Below, in pieces: positions 8,131 through 17,185 of a stretch of DNA of 63,933 nt (the first letter of the stretch is position 1; every line of letters starts with the position of its first letter). A program made the position numbers and the translations under genes. The notes beneath the pieces are model-generated. The model ran no database searches. It was not told the DNA's origin and worked only from the letters and a program-made list of their open reading frames with translations. This DNA comes from Thermodesulfovibrionales bacterium (lineage in GTDB: Bacteria > Nitrospirota > Thermodesulfovibrionia > Thermodesulfovibrionales > UBA6898): positions 1-63,933 of the forward strand of contig JBJKSM010000109.1 of assembly GCA_046704045.1 (NCBI GenBank), in the 5' to 3' direction.

Positions 8131-9417
8131 TCAATAATAAATCGTCGCAATCGTTTGATAAATGAAGACATTTTCTGACGTATCGAAAACCTTCACCCGC
8201 CTGTATCCCCTGACCTTTTGCCCGATGCCGGGAGGGAGCGTTTCCCCCTTTTCCCCGGAGATCACTACGACCGCGGATTCCTTTCCCCCTTTCCCTCCGG
8301 AATAATACCCCGGATTCCTGTATTCGAAGGTGAACCTGAGCGGCGAGGTGCGGACCTTCTCCGAATCCGCCGGGAAGGAAAAAGTGTCGTCATAGCGGAT
8401 CGCCTTGTGCGTAAAGAGGTCCAGAAGCGGCACCGCCACGGCCGGGTTGACGACCGGGTCCTGCTCCGGCAGCACGTATACGCGCACATCGCTGCCGCTC
8501 AGTCGGTCGAGAAAGCAGCCGGCGTCCGCGATGTTTGCAAAACTGATGCGGTCGAGAAAAGGGAGAAAGGCCGAGCAGGCAAGGATGATGGAGGAAACGG
8601 CGATGCAATAGACCGCAAATCTCGCCGCCTCCCTTCTTCTGAGCGCCGCGAGTCCCGATGCGGCGGCAAGGGCGATCATGGGAAAGGCCATCACGGTATA
8701 CCGGATTCTTTCTATCCTGAGCGCAACGATGAGAAGGGGGAGCCACAAGACGATGAGAAACCGCAGATCCCTCTTTTTCACCGCCCTGAATAGCGAGTAG
8801 AGCGCGGCGGCGGTGAGCCACGGCCAGATCTGGAAAGCGAAGGTTGAGAGAAAGCTTTCCCCCCATCTCCTGAGGCCGGGTTTCTGATAGTCGATAAGCA
8901 GCCTCATCTGTCCGGAAATCACATCGTATTTATAAACGCCAAAACATCCGATCATGACGCCCGCCCCTAAAAAGACGAGAAGTCCCCTTCCTATGCACCG
9001 CCCGGCGGCATGCGAAGGCCGTCGGACGCAATATACGGCAAGAATGACAGGCAGAACCGTTAGCATGAGCCATGTAGAGTATTTGGCGAAGAATGTGACG
9101 AAGATCGAGGCGGCGGCAAGCGGGATCGTCGCCCCCCCCCGTTCGAGCGCCCTGATGAACGTATATACCGAAAGCATGAGAAAAAAAGTGGAAGGCAGAT
9201 CCACGAGCATCAGGGACACCTGAGAAAAAAGGTAGGGTATCCCGAGGAGGAGCATCCCCGCGAAAAAACCTTCTTCCCTGCCCCAGAGCTCCCTGCCCGT
9301 AAGACAGGTGAGGACTACGGTGAGCGAAAAAAGAAGTGTGTTGAACATCTCGATATAGAGCCTTGTCTCGCCGAAATATCTGAATATAAGGCCATAGAGA
9401 AACGGCACTGCGGGCAT
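8131..9417 (-). CDS. GT-C fold glycosyltransferase (ArnT/PMT_2, family 39-like) membrane protein; 5' end unresolved
   Basis: Polytopic membrane protein with an ArnT/PMT-like N-terminal pattern. The same frame stays open and protein-like (three more TM helices and a D/E-rich loop) up to 9873, but contains no ATG/GTG/TTG. Confidence 0.65.
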   Translation of the reverse strand: MPAVPFLYGLIFRYFGETRLYIEMFNTLLFSLTVVLTCLTGRELWGREEGFFAGMLLLGIPYLFSQVSLMLVDLPSTFFLMLSVYTFIRALERGGATIPLAAASIFVTFFAKYSTWLMLTVLPVILAVYCVRRPSHAAGRCIGRGLLVFLGAGVMIGCFGVYKYDVISGQMRLLIDYQKPGLRRWGESFLSTFAFQIWPWLTAAALYSLFRAVKKRDLRFLIVLWLPLLIVALRIERIRYTVMAFPMIALAAASGLAALRRREAARFAVYCIAVSSIILACSAFLPFLDRISFANIADAGCFLDRLSGSDVRVYVLPEQDPVVNPAVAVPLLDLFTHKAIRYDDTFSFPADSEKVRTSPLRFTFEYRNPGYYSGGKGGKESAVVVISGEKGETLPPGIGQKVRGYRRVKVFDTSENVFIYQTIATIYY

Positions 9418-9824
9418 GTCCGTCCACGCCGGGACCGCCCTGCCCCATTCCCTGAGGAAATAGCCGGCGCCGTATAATTCGAGATGTTTTGCCTCGGTGA
9501 AATACCGCGACGCGTCAACGATCGCCTCCGGCTCGCGCCAGAAGATTGCGGCCGCCGCACAGGAAATAACAAAGAGAAAAACAAGGGGATGGCGCTCCGG
9601 CCGGGAGCTCTTTGACAGGAAAAAAACAAGCAGAACGCCTGCCTCAAGAAGGAGGAGGACCGTCCCGGGATCGGCGAATCCAAAAACGTACCGCCAGCTC
9701 GTAAGCCGGTTGTCGTCGAGCGACCTCGAAAGAAAAAGTACCAGGAAAGTGGCGAGTGTGAGGACCGCGAAGACCAGGAGGGAGCCGCCTTTGACGGTCT
9801 CGCCCTGATGCCGGTCCCTGTCTC

Positions 9825-9995
9825 CTACCAGGACACGACCCTGTCGCTGGAAAAAATCGCCTCTACAATATCCTCATAGGACATCTCATTTTTCGAGAGG
9901 TCGATAATCCTGACGTCGTGCTCTTCGGACTGGACGCGTATGATATCGTCCGACAGTTTTGCCGGCCCGTCGTTGAGGATATGCAGCAGCTTCAT
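9825..9995 (-). CDS. Small DsrH/TusB-like protein (56 aa), absent from the ORF track
   Basis: GAGGGAG RBS followed by MKLLHILNDGPAKLSDDIIRVQSEEHDVRIIDLSKNEMSYEDIVEAIFSSDRVVSW. The MxxLHxL start and the C-terminal ...SW resemble DsrH/TusB. It lies directly downstream of the DsrE-like gene. Confidence 0.45.
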   Translation of the reverse strand: MKLLHILNDGPAKLSDDIIRVQSEEHDVRIIDLSKNEMSYEDIVEAIFSSDRVVSW

Positions 9996-10049
9996 GTCAA
10001 AATCTCCCTCTGCCGCGCCGCATACGCGGACACAATCTCCTGCGCTCCT

Positions 10050-10352
10050 TTACAGGACAATGACCCTGTCGGCGTCGTGGTTCATCTCCGCGTTCATATA
10101 CTGGCTGCCCTGAACCAGCTCCTTCGGGATGCCGCCGGAGGCCGCTCCTGTCTGATCGGCGCTGTGCGCGCAATAACTCATCCTGACGCCGGGGGTCCTG
10201 CAGAGTTCCGCGAACTCGGGGGTCGCAATGAGTTTCGTGCCCTCGTCCATGATGAAAACGATCACCTCGTGTCCCTTCGAGAGCGCGGCCTTCGTCAGAC
10301 CGGCGACATGACCGGGATGCCTGTCCGTATTGACCAATATGCCGAGTTTCAT
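10050..10352 (-). CDS. DsrE/DsrF-like sulfur relay family protein
   Basis: MKLGILVNTDRHPGHVAGLTKAALSKGHEVIVFIMDEG... is a typical DsrE-fold start. The internal ATG at 10352 was chosen as the start. Confidence 0.7.
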   Translation of the reverse strand: MKLGILVNTDRHPGHVAGLTKAALSKGHEVIVFIMDEGTKLIATPEFAELCRTPGVRMSYCAHSADQTGAASGGIPKELVQGSQYMNAEMNHDADRVIVL

Positions 10353-10356
10353 TCCG

Positions 10357-11376
10357 CTATCCACCGATACTATTATCGATTTTTTCCAGGACCTTCGCAA
10401 CCGTGATCCCCTTCATGCACCTCAGGTCTTCGCACCGTCTGCGAAAACAGGGAGAACATGCCTCCTCACTGCTGACGATTATATGGCCCCTCCCATAGGG
10501 GCCGGTCCGCTCCGGGCTGGTAGGCCCGAATATCGCAACAACAGGAACGTTGAAGCCGGCGGCGATATGCATCGGTCCGGAGTCGTTCGAGATCGCGAGC
10601 ACGGCGTTTCTCATGATTTCCGTCAGTTCCCGGAGGCCCGTTTTTCCGGCAAGAGAGACCGCCCTGCCCCCGGATTCCCTCACCACGACATCCGCCTTCG
10701 CCATGTCGGCCCTGCCGCCTATTACAACCGACCTCCACGGAAGCGCCGCCGCTACCCTGCCGAAATTTACCGACGGCCAGACCTTTGTGTCCCATCTCGC
10801 GCCGGGCACGATGACCGCATATGCCCCGAGAGACTCCCTGATCTTCGCGGCCCCGCTGCCTCCGCCTTTCGCCGGCGGGAAAGGGAACGACACCTCGCCG
10901 ATGCCGCAGCCGAGGGCCGATGCGATCTTCAGGTACCTGTCGACCGCGTGGGTTTCCTTCCCGCCGCGGATTCGTCTGCTGTAAAAAAAACGGCTTCCCT
11001 CCCTCGCCTCTTCGAACCCGATCCTTACCGGCGCGCGGGAAGCCATAGTGATTATCCCGCTTCTGAGAAGCCCCTGGAGATCGACGGCGATGTCATAGTG
11101 CACGTTCCTCAGGGTCCTGAAGAGCGTCCGCAGTTCTCCGGCGGTGCTTCCGGCCCTCGAAAGACTCTTCCACCCGTCCTTGTTGATGACAATGAGCCTG
11201 GAGATCATCGGATGTCCTTCAAGGAGACCTTCAAGCCCCTTTGCGATCACCCAGTGCACCTCCGCTTCCGGGTACCGCGATTTCGCGGCGTTCAGAAAGG
11301 GCAGGCTGTGCACCACGTCGCCGAGCGAGCTGGGCTTGACGACAAGAATTTTCCGGGGTCTCGCCGGGGATTTCAT
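10357..11376 (-). CDS. Glycosyltransferase family 9 (LPS heptosyltransferase)
   Basis: KILVVKPSSLGDVVHSLP... and a C-terminal NDSGPMHIAA motif. The ATG at 11376 overlaps the upstream stop (ATGA). Confidence 0.88.
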   Translation of the reverse strand: MKSPARPRKILVVKPSSLGDVVHSLPFLNAAKSRYPEAEVHWVIAKGLEGLLEGHPMISRLIVINKDGWKSLSRAGSTAGELRTLFRTLRNVHYDIAVDLQGLLRSGIITMASRAPVRIGFEEAREGSRFFYSRRIRGGKETHAVDRYLKIASALGCGIGEVSFPFPPAKGGGSGAAKIRESLGAYAVIVPGARWDTKVWPSVNFGRVAAALPWRSVVIGGRADMAKADVVVRESGGRAVSLAGKTGLRELTEIMRNAVLAISNDSGPMHIAAGFNVPVVAIFGPTSPERTGPYGRGHIIVSSEEACSPCFRRRCEDLRCMKGITVAKVLEKIDNSIGG

Positions 11377-12932
11377 CTGTTGCCCGCTCCCGTTGACTTC
11401 GCGATGATATCCACCGCAGCGCCCAGGTCCTTTGCGGAATAATCCGCTGCGGCTGAAGAGGGCTCCTTTCCCGTTGCCACATGGATGGACTTCGCCCCGA
11501 CAGCCTTTGCGAGGAGGATATCCGCCTCCTTGTCGCCGACCACAAAGGACCTCTTCAGGTCTATGCCGAAATCGTTTCTCGCCTTCACGAGGAGACCCGG
11601 CTCCGGCTTGCGGCAGGAACAATGATCATCGGGATGATGAGGGCAGTAATAGAAGCCGTCGAAGCCGTACTGCTTCATAAAAATGCCGTTCACCTCTTTT
11701 ACGAACTCTTCCCCGACGATCCCCCTGGCGATTCCCGACTGGTTCGATACCCCTATCAGCGCATACCCCTGTTCCTTCAGCCGCGCCAGTCCTTCCACCT
11801 CCGGGAATATTTCCAGGTCCTCCATCCTTGCGAGATAACCGGGATCCCTGCAAAGCGTACCGTCCCTGTCGAAAAATACCGCGGGCCGCCTCTTCACGAG
11901 GCGCTGAACCGCGTCGAATACGTCTTCGGTTGTAATGAGGTCCATGCACTTCAGATCGCCTCTCCTGCACTCCCTCCCGAAGCATGGCGAGCAGTCGATC
12001 GCTTTCCTGATCACGACATCCCCTTGCCCGACAGGCCCGGTCTCCTCCGGCGAGGTCGATCCGAAAATCGCCGCAACCGGCGTGCCGACCGCGTAGCCGA
12101 TATGCATCGGTCCGGAATCGTTGGTGACCAGGATATCGCTTTCGGATATGACCGCCGCGAGCTCGCGCAGGCCGGTCTTTCCGGCTAACACCAGGCAGCG
12201 GGGCTCACCGGCATGAAGCGTATCCGCGGTTTCGAGGAGTCCCGCGATCTCCCCGGCGATGGCGACCTCGGAGGGGCCGCCGAGGATGACCACGCTGCCC
12301 CGGAGCTCGTTGATTACCTTCCAGGCGACTTCGGCAAAGCGCCGGGGGCGCCATCTCTTCGAGGACCCGTAAGTCGCGCCCGGGTTTATCGCTACCACGG
12401 GCCTTTTCAGTTTCTCCAGCCGCGCCCTCGCCTTCAGCCTCTCTTCGAGGGAGAGATAGATCCACGGCAGCGACCTGCAGACGGTAAACCCGGCCTTCAG
12501 GAGAAGGTCCAGGTAATATTCGATGTGATGGACGCCCGCGGAATTCCGGTCGCAGGGGATCGGCTTTGTGAGCAGGAAGCGTCTGCCGTCCCTGCTGTAA
12601 CCGATCCTCTCGGGGATCCCTGCGAGGAGTGAGAGGACCGCCGCGTCGATGGCGTTTTGAAAAAGGACCGCCGCGCAGAAACGGCCCCGTCTGATCTCCC
12701 GCGCCAGTCTCAGTTTTCCCCGGATACCCTTATGCTCTTCGCAATAGTGTATGATCGCGTCCACGTTGGGGTCTTTTTCGAAGAGGGGGGAGACCCAGGG
12801 CTTTACAAGAAGCGTGATCCTTGCGCCCGGGTTCGCCCGTCTGAGCGCACTCATGGCGGGCATGGTCATGACGGCGTCACCGATCCAGTTGACCCCCCGG
12901 ACCAGAATATTATCGCAGCTGCTCGCTTCCAC
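11373..12932 (-). CDS. Fusion protein: GT9 heptosyltransferase plus D-glycero-D-manno-heptose 1,7-bisphosphate phosphatase (GmhB) domain
   Basis: The N-terminal ~340 aa carry GT9 motifs (ILVRGVNWIGDAVMTMPA, NDSGPMHIGYA). The C-terminal ~170 aa carry HAD/GmhB motifs (FFDRDGTL, GVSNQSGIARG, CPHHPDDHCSCRKP, VGD). Confidence 0.88.
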   Translation of the reverse strand: MEASSCDNILVRGVNWIGDAVMTMPAMSALRRANPGARITLLVKPWVSPLFEKDPNVDAIIHYCEEHKGIRGKLRLAREIRRGRFCAAVLFQNAIDAAVLSLLAGIPERIGYSRDGRRFLLTKPIPCDRNSAGVHHIEYYLDLLLKAGFTVCRSLPWIYLSLEERLKARARLEKLKRPVVAINPGATYGSSKRWRPRRFAEVAWKVINELRGSVVILGGPSEVAIAGEIAGLLETADTLHAGEPRCLVLAGKTGLRELAAVISESDILVTNDSGPMHIGYAVGTPVAAIFGSTSPEETGPVGQGDVVIRKAIDCSPCFGRECRRGDLKCMDLITTEDVFDAVQRLVKRRPAVFFDRDGTLCRDPGYLARMEDLEIFPEVEGLARLKEQGYALIGVSNQSGIARGIVGEEFVKEVNGIFMKQYGFDGFYYCPHHPDDHCSCRKPEPGLLVKARNDFGIDLKRSFVVGDKEADILLAKAVGAKSIHVATGKEPSSAAADYSAKDLGAAVDIIAKSTGAGNR

Positions 12933-12974
12933 GGCTCGTCTTGCCGTCGGTTCCGCGAGGGGACCCGACGCAGG

Positions 12975-14054
12975 TCAATGTCTCTTTCTCTTCACCACAA
13001 AGATGATCCCGAAGACAAAGAAGAATGCGAGGCTGACGGGCAGACTGACGGGATATTCCGCCGTGTATACAAGCGGCGTAAGCGCCCACCTCGTTATCAT
13101 TCTGAGCGTCCCGTGACGGCTTATGAAATCCGCAAGCGGCGGCGAGTTCCTGTAATAGAAGCTGACAAAGGCCCTTCCCGGGGCGTTCGTCAGAAGGTAC
13201 TTGTCCCTGAAGGCGCGCAGGACCACCACGTGCGGTTCGAGATAGGAGCCGTAGGCTGCGGTCGCGATGAAGCATTTCGTGCCGCTATGCTGAAAATCGA
13301 CGGTGCCGGTGGTAAAGCTCCAGGTCTTCGAAGCGCTCAGCGTATCGCCGTTTGCGGCGGCTACTGTCGTCGACACTGTGGCGGTGTAAGACGTTTGAGT
13401 GGAGAGCGCCTGGGATGGGGCGAACGTCGCCACTTTCCCGGTGCTGTCGAGGGTGACCGTGCCGTTAACCGGCGTACCGGTAGTTGTAGCCAGGGTAAAG
13501 GCACTTTGTATCGAAGTGAGGGTAACCGCCTCGGAAAAGGTCGCGGAGGGCTGAACGTTCGGGTCGACGTCGGTGGCCGAATCAAGAGGCACGGTCGAGG
13601 TTACCGAAAGACCGACAGAGACGGGACCGTCGATGCAGGTGCCGGTAGTGGAGGAAACAGAACCGGTGGTGAAGGTAAAGGGACCGAAATTGACCCCGGA
13701 ACCTGAGTTTTGCCAGGTATAGGATGTAAGTGTATTCGAGACAAGAGCGCTTCCAGGAGTAAAAGTTATCTGCGTTGCATTCGATGCCGTACCGTTTGTG
13801 ACAGTAAAAGTCCCGTTGTTCCCCACCAGGACCCCGTTGATTGAGAATGTGGTGCCGCTGAGAAAAGATGAATCTATTCCAGGGGAAAAATTCATGGTAA
13901 TTACAACGTCGGTACAAACGTTAGTTGCGTTGTCGGTCGGTGTAAAGGTTGTGAGCCCCGCAAAAGCAGACGGAACAGCCCCGAATATGACGAAACCTGC
14001 CAGCAGCAGGAACAAAAATAGCCGACGAAAAGGCTGAAGATTCTTTCTTTTCAT
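12975..14054 (-). CDS. Secreted Ig-like (SbsA/Big_5-type) repeat protein with a C-terminal [10 protein letters not shown]...LRxFRD module and TM anchor
   Basis: Signal peptide [32 protein letters not shown]. Thr/Ser-rich beta repeats (P.D.ATNV / [11 protein letters not shown]). The C-terminus reads [28 protein letters not shown]...[12 protein letters not shown], followed by a hydrophobic helix and KRKRH. Confidence 0.75.
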   Translation of the reverse strand: MKRKNLQPFRRLFLFLLLAGFVIFGAVPSAFAGLTTFTPTDNATNVCTDVVITMNFSPGIDSSFLSGTTFSINGVLVGNNGTFTVTNGTASNATQITFTPGSALVSNTLTSYTWQNSGSGVNFGPFTFTTGSVSSTTGTCIDGPVSVGLSVTSTVPLDSATDVDPNVQPSATFSEAVTLTSIQSAFTLATTTGTPVNGTVTLDSTGKVATFAPSQALSTQTSYTATVSTTVAAANGDTLSASKTWSFTTGTVDFQHSGTKCFIATAAYGSYLEPHVVVLRAFRDKYLLTNAPGRAFVSFYYRNSPPLADFISRHGTLRMITRWALTPLVYTAEYPVSLPVSLAFFFVFGIIFVVKRKRH

Positions 14055-14175
14055 GCCCCCCTCTTTCTCCATTTTTTTATGGTAATCAATAAAATTGTCC
14101 TCTTGAAACGCATCGAATCCTTCCTCGTGCAGTCCGCCGCCGGGGCGCCGGTCGGCGCTTTCACACGCTGCGACC

Positions 14176-16158
14176 CTACCTGCCTGAATCTTCACGCCTC
14201 CGCATTTCGGAGTTACTTTGCATCTGCTCTTTTCTCTCCTTCAGCTGATCCCTTAATTCCTTGACCCTCCTCGTCACTTCCCTGGTCAGCTGGTCGGCGT
14301 CTTCAGTGCTGGAGATGACGTGGGGCGTGACCATCACGACAAGCTCGCTTTTTGTAGTGTGATTCGACGTAGTCCCGAAAAGGTACCCCAGGATCGGGAT
14401 GTCGCTCAGAAAGGGAATCCCTTCGCGGGTGTTGTTCTCGTTTTCCTGGATGATGCCGCCAAGAACGAGCGTGTGGCCGTCCTGGACGATAGCCGTGGTA
14501 TTAGCCTTTCGCGTGGTGAATCCGGTAAACTGCTGTCCCCCGATCAGGACCGTCTGCCCTATCGCGCTCACCTCCTGCGATATCTTCAGCGTCAGTTCCT
14601 TCTTCGCGTTGATATGGGGAGTGACGGTAAGGAGCGTGCCGACCGTCTTGAACTGGACCTGCGAGGTGGCGGTGATTTCGGTGGTGGTTGCGCCCGCAAG
14701 CGGCTGGGTTATCGATGTCGCAACCGGCACTTCGTCGCCTATCTCGATTTTTGCCTCCTTGTTGTCAAGGGCGAGAATGTTGGGGCTTGCGATAACATGC
14801 ACCAGCCCTTTCTTGGCGGCGGCGGTGATGAGGGCGCTGAACTTCGCGGGATCTATGATCGTAGCGAATACGTCAGCGGGGTGAGAAAGTATCGTTCCCC
14901 CTGTCGTGGTCGTCGTAGTCGACGAGCTGCTTGAAGTCCCGGTAGTCGGCAGTATGAACTTGTTGGTGGAGGTGTCGAACTGAGGCAGGCTGCCCGAGCC
15001 CGTGTCGAACCCTCCGAGCATGCCCAGTTGTTCGCCGCCCACCCTCGCGTTGGCCTTGATCAGCCACTCCAGTCCGAACTGGCTTGTCTTGTCGAGACTG
15101 ACCTCCGCGATCATGACCTCGATGAGCACCTGTTTCGGCTGGACATCCAGCTTCTTGAGCGTCTGCAGAAGAGAGATATAGCCCCTCGGCGTAGTTTTTA
15201 CAACGATCGCGTTGATGTCCTCATAGGCTTCGATCGTAACCGGCCCCTCGATCTCCCCGGCAAGCCCTTCGAGGACCCCTCCCGTTGTCGCGCCGGGCGT
15301 CGCCGCCGCAGGCTGCATCGGTCTTCCCATAACCCGGCCGGGGGTGGGAGTCGGGGCGTTGAACGATCTCACGCCGCCCTGCTCCTTTTTCGAGGCATAG
15401 AGATTCTTTAAAATTTCCACGAGCTTCTTTGCCTCGCCGTTTTCCACGTAGTAGTCGAACGTCCGGACGGCGTCCCTTTCCGCAGGAGGGATGTCGATCG
15501 CCTGGAGGATCTTCAGAAATTTCAGCACAGACCTCGGCGGAGCGGTAACGATCAGCGAGTTGCCGGGCTCGTAGACGACGATATCGGCCCCGCGGGGCAT
15601 CAGGTTCCTCATGATGTTCGCAACGTCCGAGGCCTTTACGTAGGTGAGAGGGATCTCCTGGGTAATGAAACCCGCGTCGGCCGGCATCGTCGCCTTTTTT
15701 CCTTCCACGACGGGAAGGGCCTCCTGCTTCGCCGTATCGAGCGTTACGATCTTATAAAAATCCCCATCCTTCACAGCCGTGAACCCGTTGGTCTGAAGGA
15801 TCGTCTGAAAGGTCGAAAACAGATGGCTCAGCGGGATCTTCTCGTGGGACTGTATCGTGATCTTGCCTGTTACGCCCGGGGCAAGTATATAATTGATCTT
15901 CAGCATTTCGCCCACTGTCGATATAACGTTATCGAGGTCCGCGTTGACGAAATTCAGCATTACGTACTGCTCGGGCTTCTTCGTCTGCTCCTTCGCGGGG
16001 CCGGGACTCTTTTCAGCCGCGGCCGTCTCCGGAGGAGGCGCCGGCTTCCCGGCCGCCGGCTGGGCAGGAGGAGGCTCCACGGGTTTTATTTCCTGTTTCG
16101 GTGCGCACGAACTGAGGAGAAAAAAAAGAAATAAGATTGCGACTGCCTTGTTCTTCAT
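14176..16158 (-). CDS. gspD: Secretin (type II secretion GspD / PilQ family), lipoprotein-type signal
   Basis: Lipobox LLSSC. The N0-type domain [24 protein letters not shown] is followed by N1-N3 repeats and a C-terminal secretin domain ([29 protein letters not shown]). Confidence 0.9.
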   Translation of the reverse strand: MKNKAVAILFLFFLLSSCAPKQEIKPVEPPPAQPAAGKPAPPPETAAAEKSPGPAKEQTKKPEQYVMLNFVNADLDNVISTVGEMLKINYILAPGVTGKITIQSHEKIPLSHLFSTFQTILQTNGFTAVKDGDFYKIVTLDTAKQEALPVVEGKKATMPADAGFITQEIPLTYVKASDVANIMRNLMPRGADIVVYEPGNSLIVTAPPRSVLKFLKILQAIDIPPAERDAVRTFDYYVENGEAKKLVEILKNLYASKKEQGGVRSFNAPTPTPGRVMGRPMQPAAATPGATTGGVLEGLAGEIEGPVTIEAYEDINAIVVKTTPRGYISLLQTLKKLDVQPKQVLIEVMIAEVSLDKTSQFGLEWLIKANARVGGEQLGMLGGFDTGSGSLPQFDTSTNKFILPTTGTSSSSSTTTTTTGGTILSHPADVFATIIDPAKFSALITAAAKKGLVHVIASPNILALDNKEAKIEIGDEVPVATSITQPLAGATTTEITATSQVQFKTVGTLLTVTPHINAKKELTLKISQEVSAIGQTVLIGGQQFTGFTTRKANTTAIVQDGHTLVLGGIIQENENNTREGIPFLSDIPILGYLFGTTSNHTTKSELVVMVTPHVISSTEDADQLTREVTRRVKELRDQLKERKEQMQSNSEMRRREDSGR

Positions 16159-16658
16159 CTCGCCATCCTCGGATTAGGGATCGTTTTTATCCTGTTAAGG
16201 CTCAGGGTGATATTCTCGCCGTTCCATTTTAACACAACGGACATTTCATTTATATCGACCACTTCGATATCGTCGGTCTTGTCGCCCTTCCTCAGCGGGA
16301 CAGGATTCGCATTATCGATCGATATATAGGCGATCCAGTCGCCGTATGGATCGAGCACAATCCCCTTCAGGTCCATGTCCGGTTTCTTCGGCGGAGGGGG
16401 GGGAGGCGGAGCCGTCGGGATAATCGGCTTCGGGGGCGGCACATAGCCCCTCGCGGGACTGAAAACGTTCTTCTCGTAAATCTCCTTCCCCCACGCCGGA
16501 GTATACTTCGGGACGGATATCTGCAGGGTGCGCACCCTGGATTTCACAGGCGACGCGTCAGCCAGAGGGTCATAGCTCAGCGCATCCGTGTAGAAGTTCC
16601 ATCCGGTGTACAGGAACAGGAAAGCGATCACTGCAAGCATGCCTGCCTTTTTCGTCAT
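16155..16658 (-). CDS. PilP/GspC-like secretion-system assembly protein
   Basis: N-terminal TM helix, a Pro-rich linker (PPPPPPPKKP) and a small C-terminal beta domain. It sits between the PilO-like and secretin genes. Confidence 0.55.
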   Translation of the reverse strand: MTKKAGMLAVIAFLFLYTGWNFYTDALSYDPLADASPVKSRVRTLQISVPKYTPAWGKEIYEKNVFSPARGYVPPPKPIIPTAPPPPPPPKKPDMDLKGIVLDPYGDWIAYISIDNANPVPLRKGDKTDDIEVVDINEMSVVLKWNGENITLSLNRIKTIPNPRMAR

Positions 16659-17185
16659 GTTTTCGCCAGTGTGGACACCTGTATTTTGTACTTCAGGGTT
16701 TTCGGGTTCTGTGTGTTCGTAATGGTAACATTCAGCTTGTCCACTTTGACCAGCAGCTTGTCCTGTTCTATTCCCTTCAAAAACTCGCTCATCTGTTTGA
16801 TATCCCCGTCCCCTTCAAAATAAATGGAGATCACCGTGAAATTGCCGAGCTTCGTAGGCGCAAGCGGGCGTGTCGTCATTACGTGCAGCCCCGTCGTTCC
16901 GGCTATCCCCGATATCTCTCCCTGCAATTTCGCCGAGTCGAGGAAAGCGGTCTTCTCGCCGAGCAGCCGCCCCTCCACGCTCTTCGTATCCTTTATCAGG
17001 GAATCCATGCTGCCGGCGTTCCTGGCGGCATCCCTGATGAACTGCTCGTCTCTCAGCAGCGCCTTCTGCCCTGTTTCGATCGATTCCTTCATCACCTCGG
17101 CCCTCGGCGTCAGGAAGGCATACTGAAATATGAAGACGGCCGCGACAAAGGAGAAGGCTATCAGCGCGTAGCGGTTCTTCTTCAC
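16655..17185 (-). CDS. PilO/GspM-like secretion-system assembly protein
   Basis: Single N-terminal TM helix, a coiled-coil segment and a ferredoxin-like C-terminal pattern. Assigned by operon position. Confidence 0.55.
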   Translation of the reverse strand: MKKNRYALIAFSFVAAVFIFQYAFLTPRAEVMKESIETGQKALLRDEQFIRDAARNAGSMDSLIKDTKSVEGRLLGEKTAFLDSAKLQGEISGIAGTTGLHVMTTRPLAPTKLGNFTVISIYFEGDGDIKQMSEFLKGIEQDKLLVKVDKLNVTITNTQNPKTLKYKIQVSTLAKT

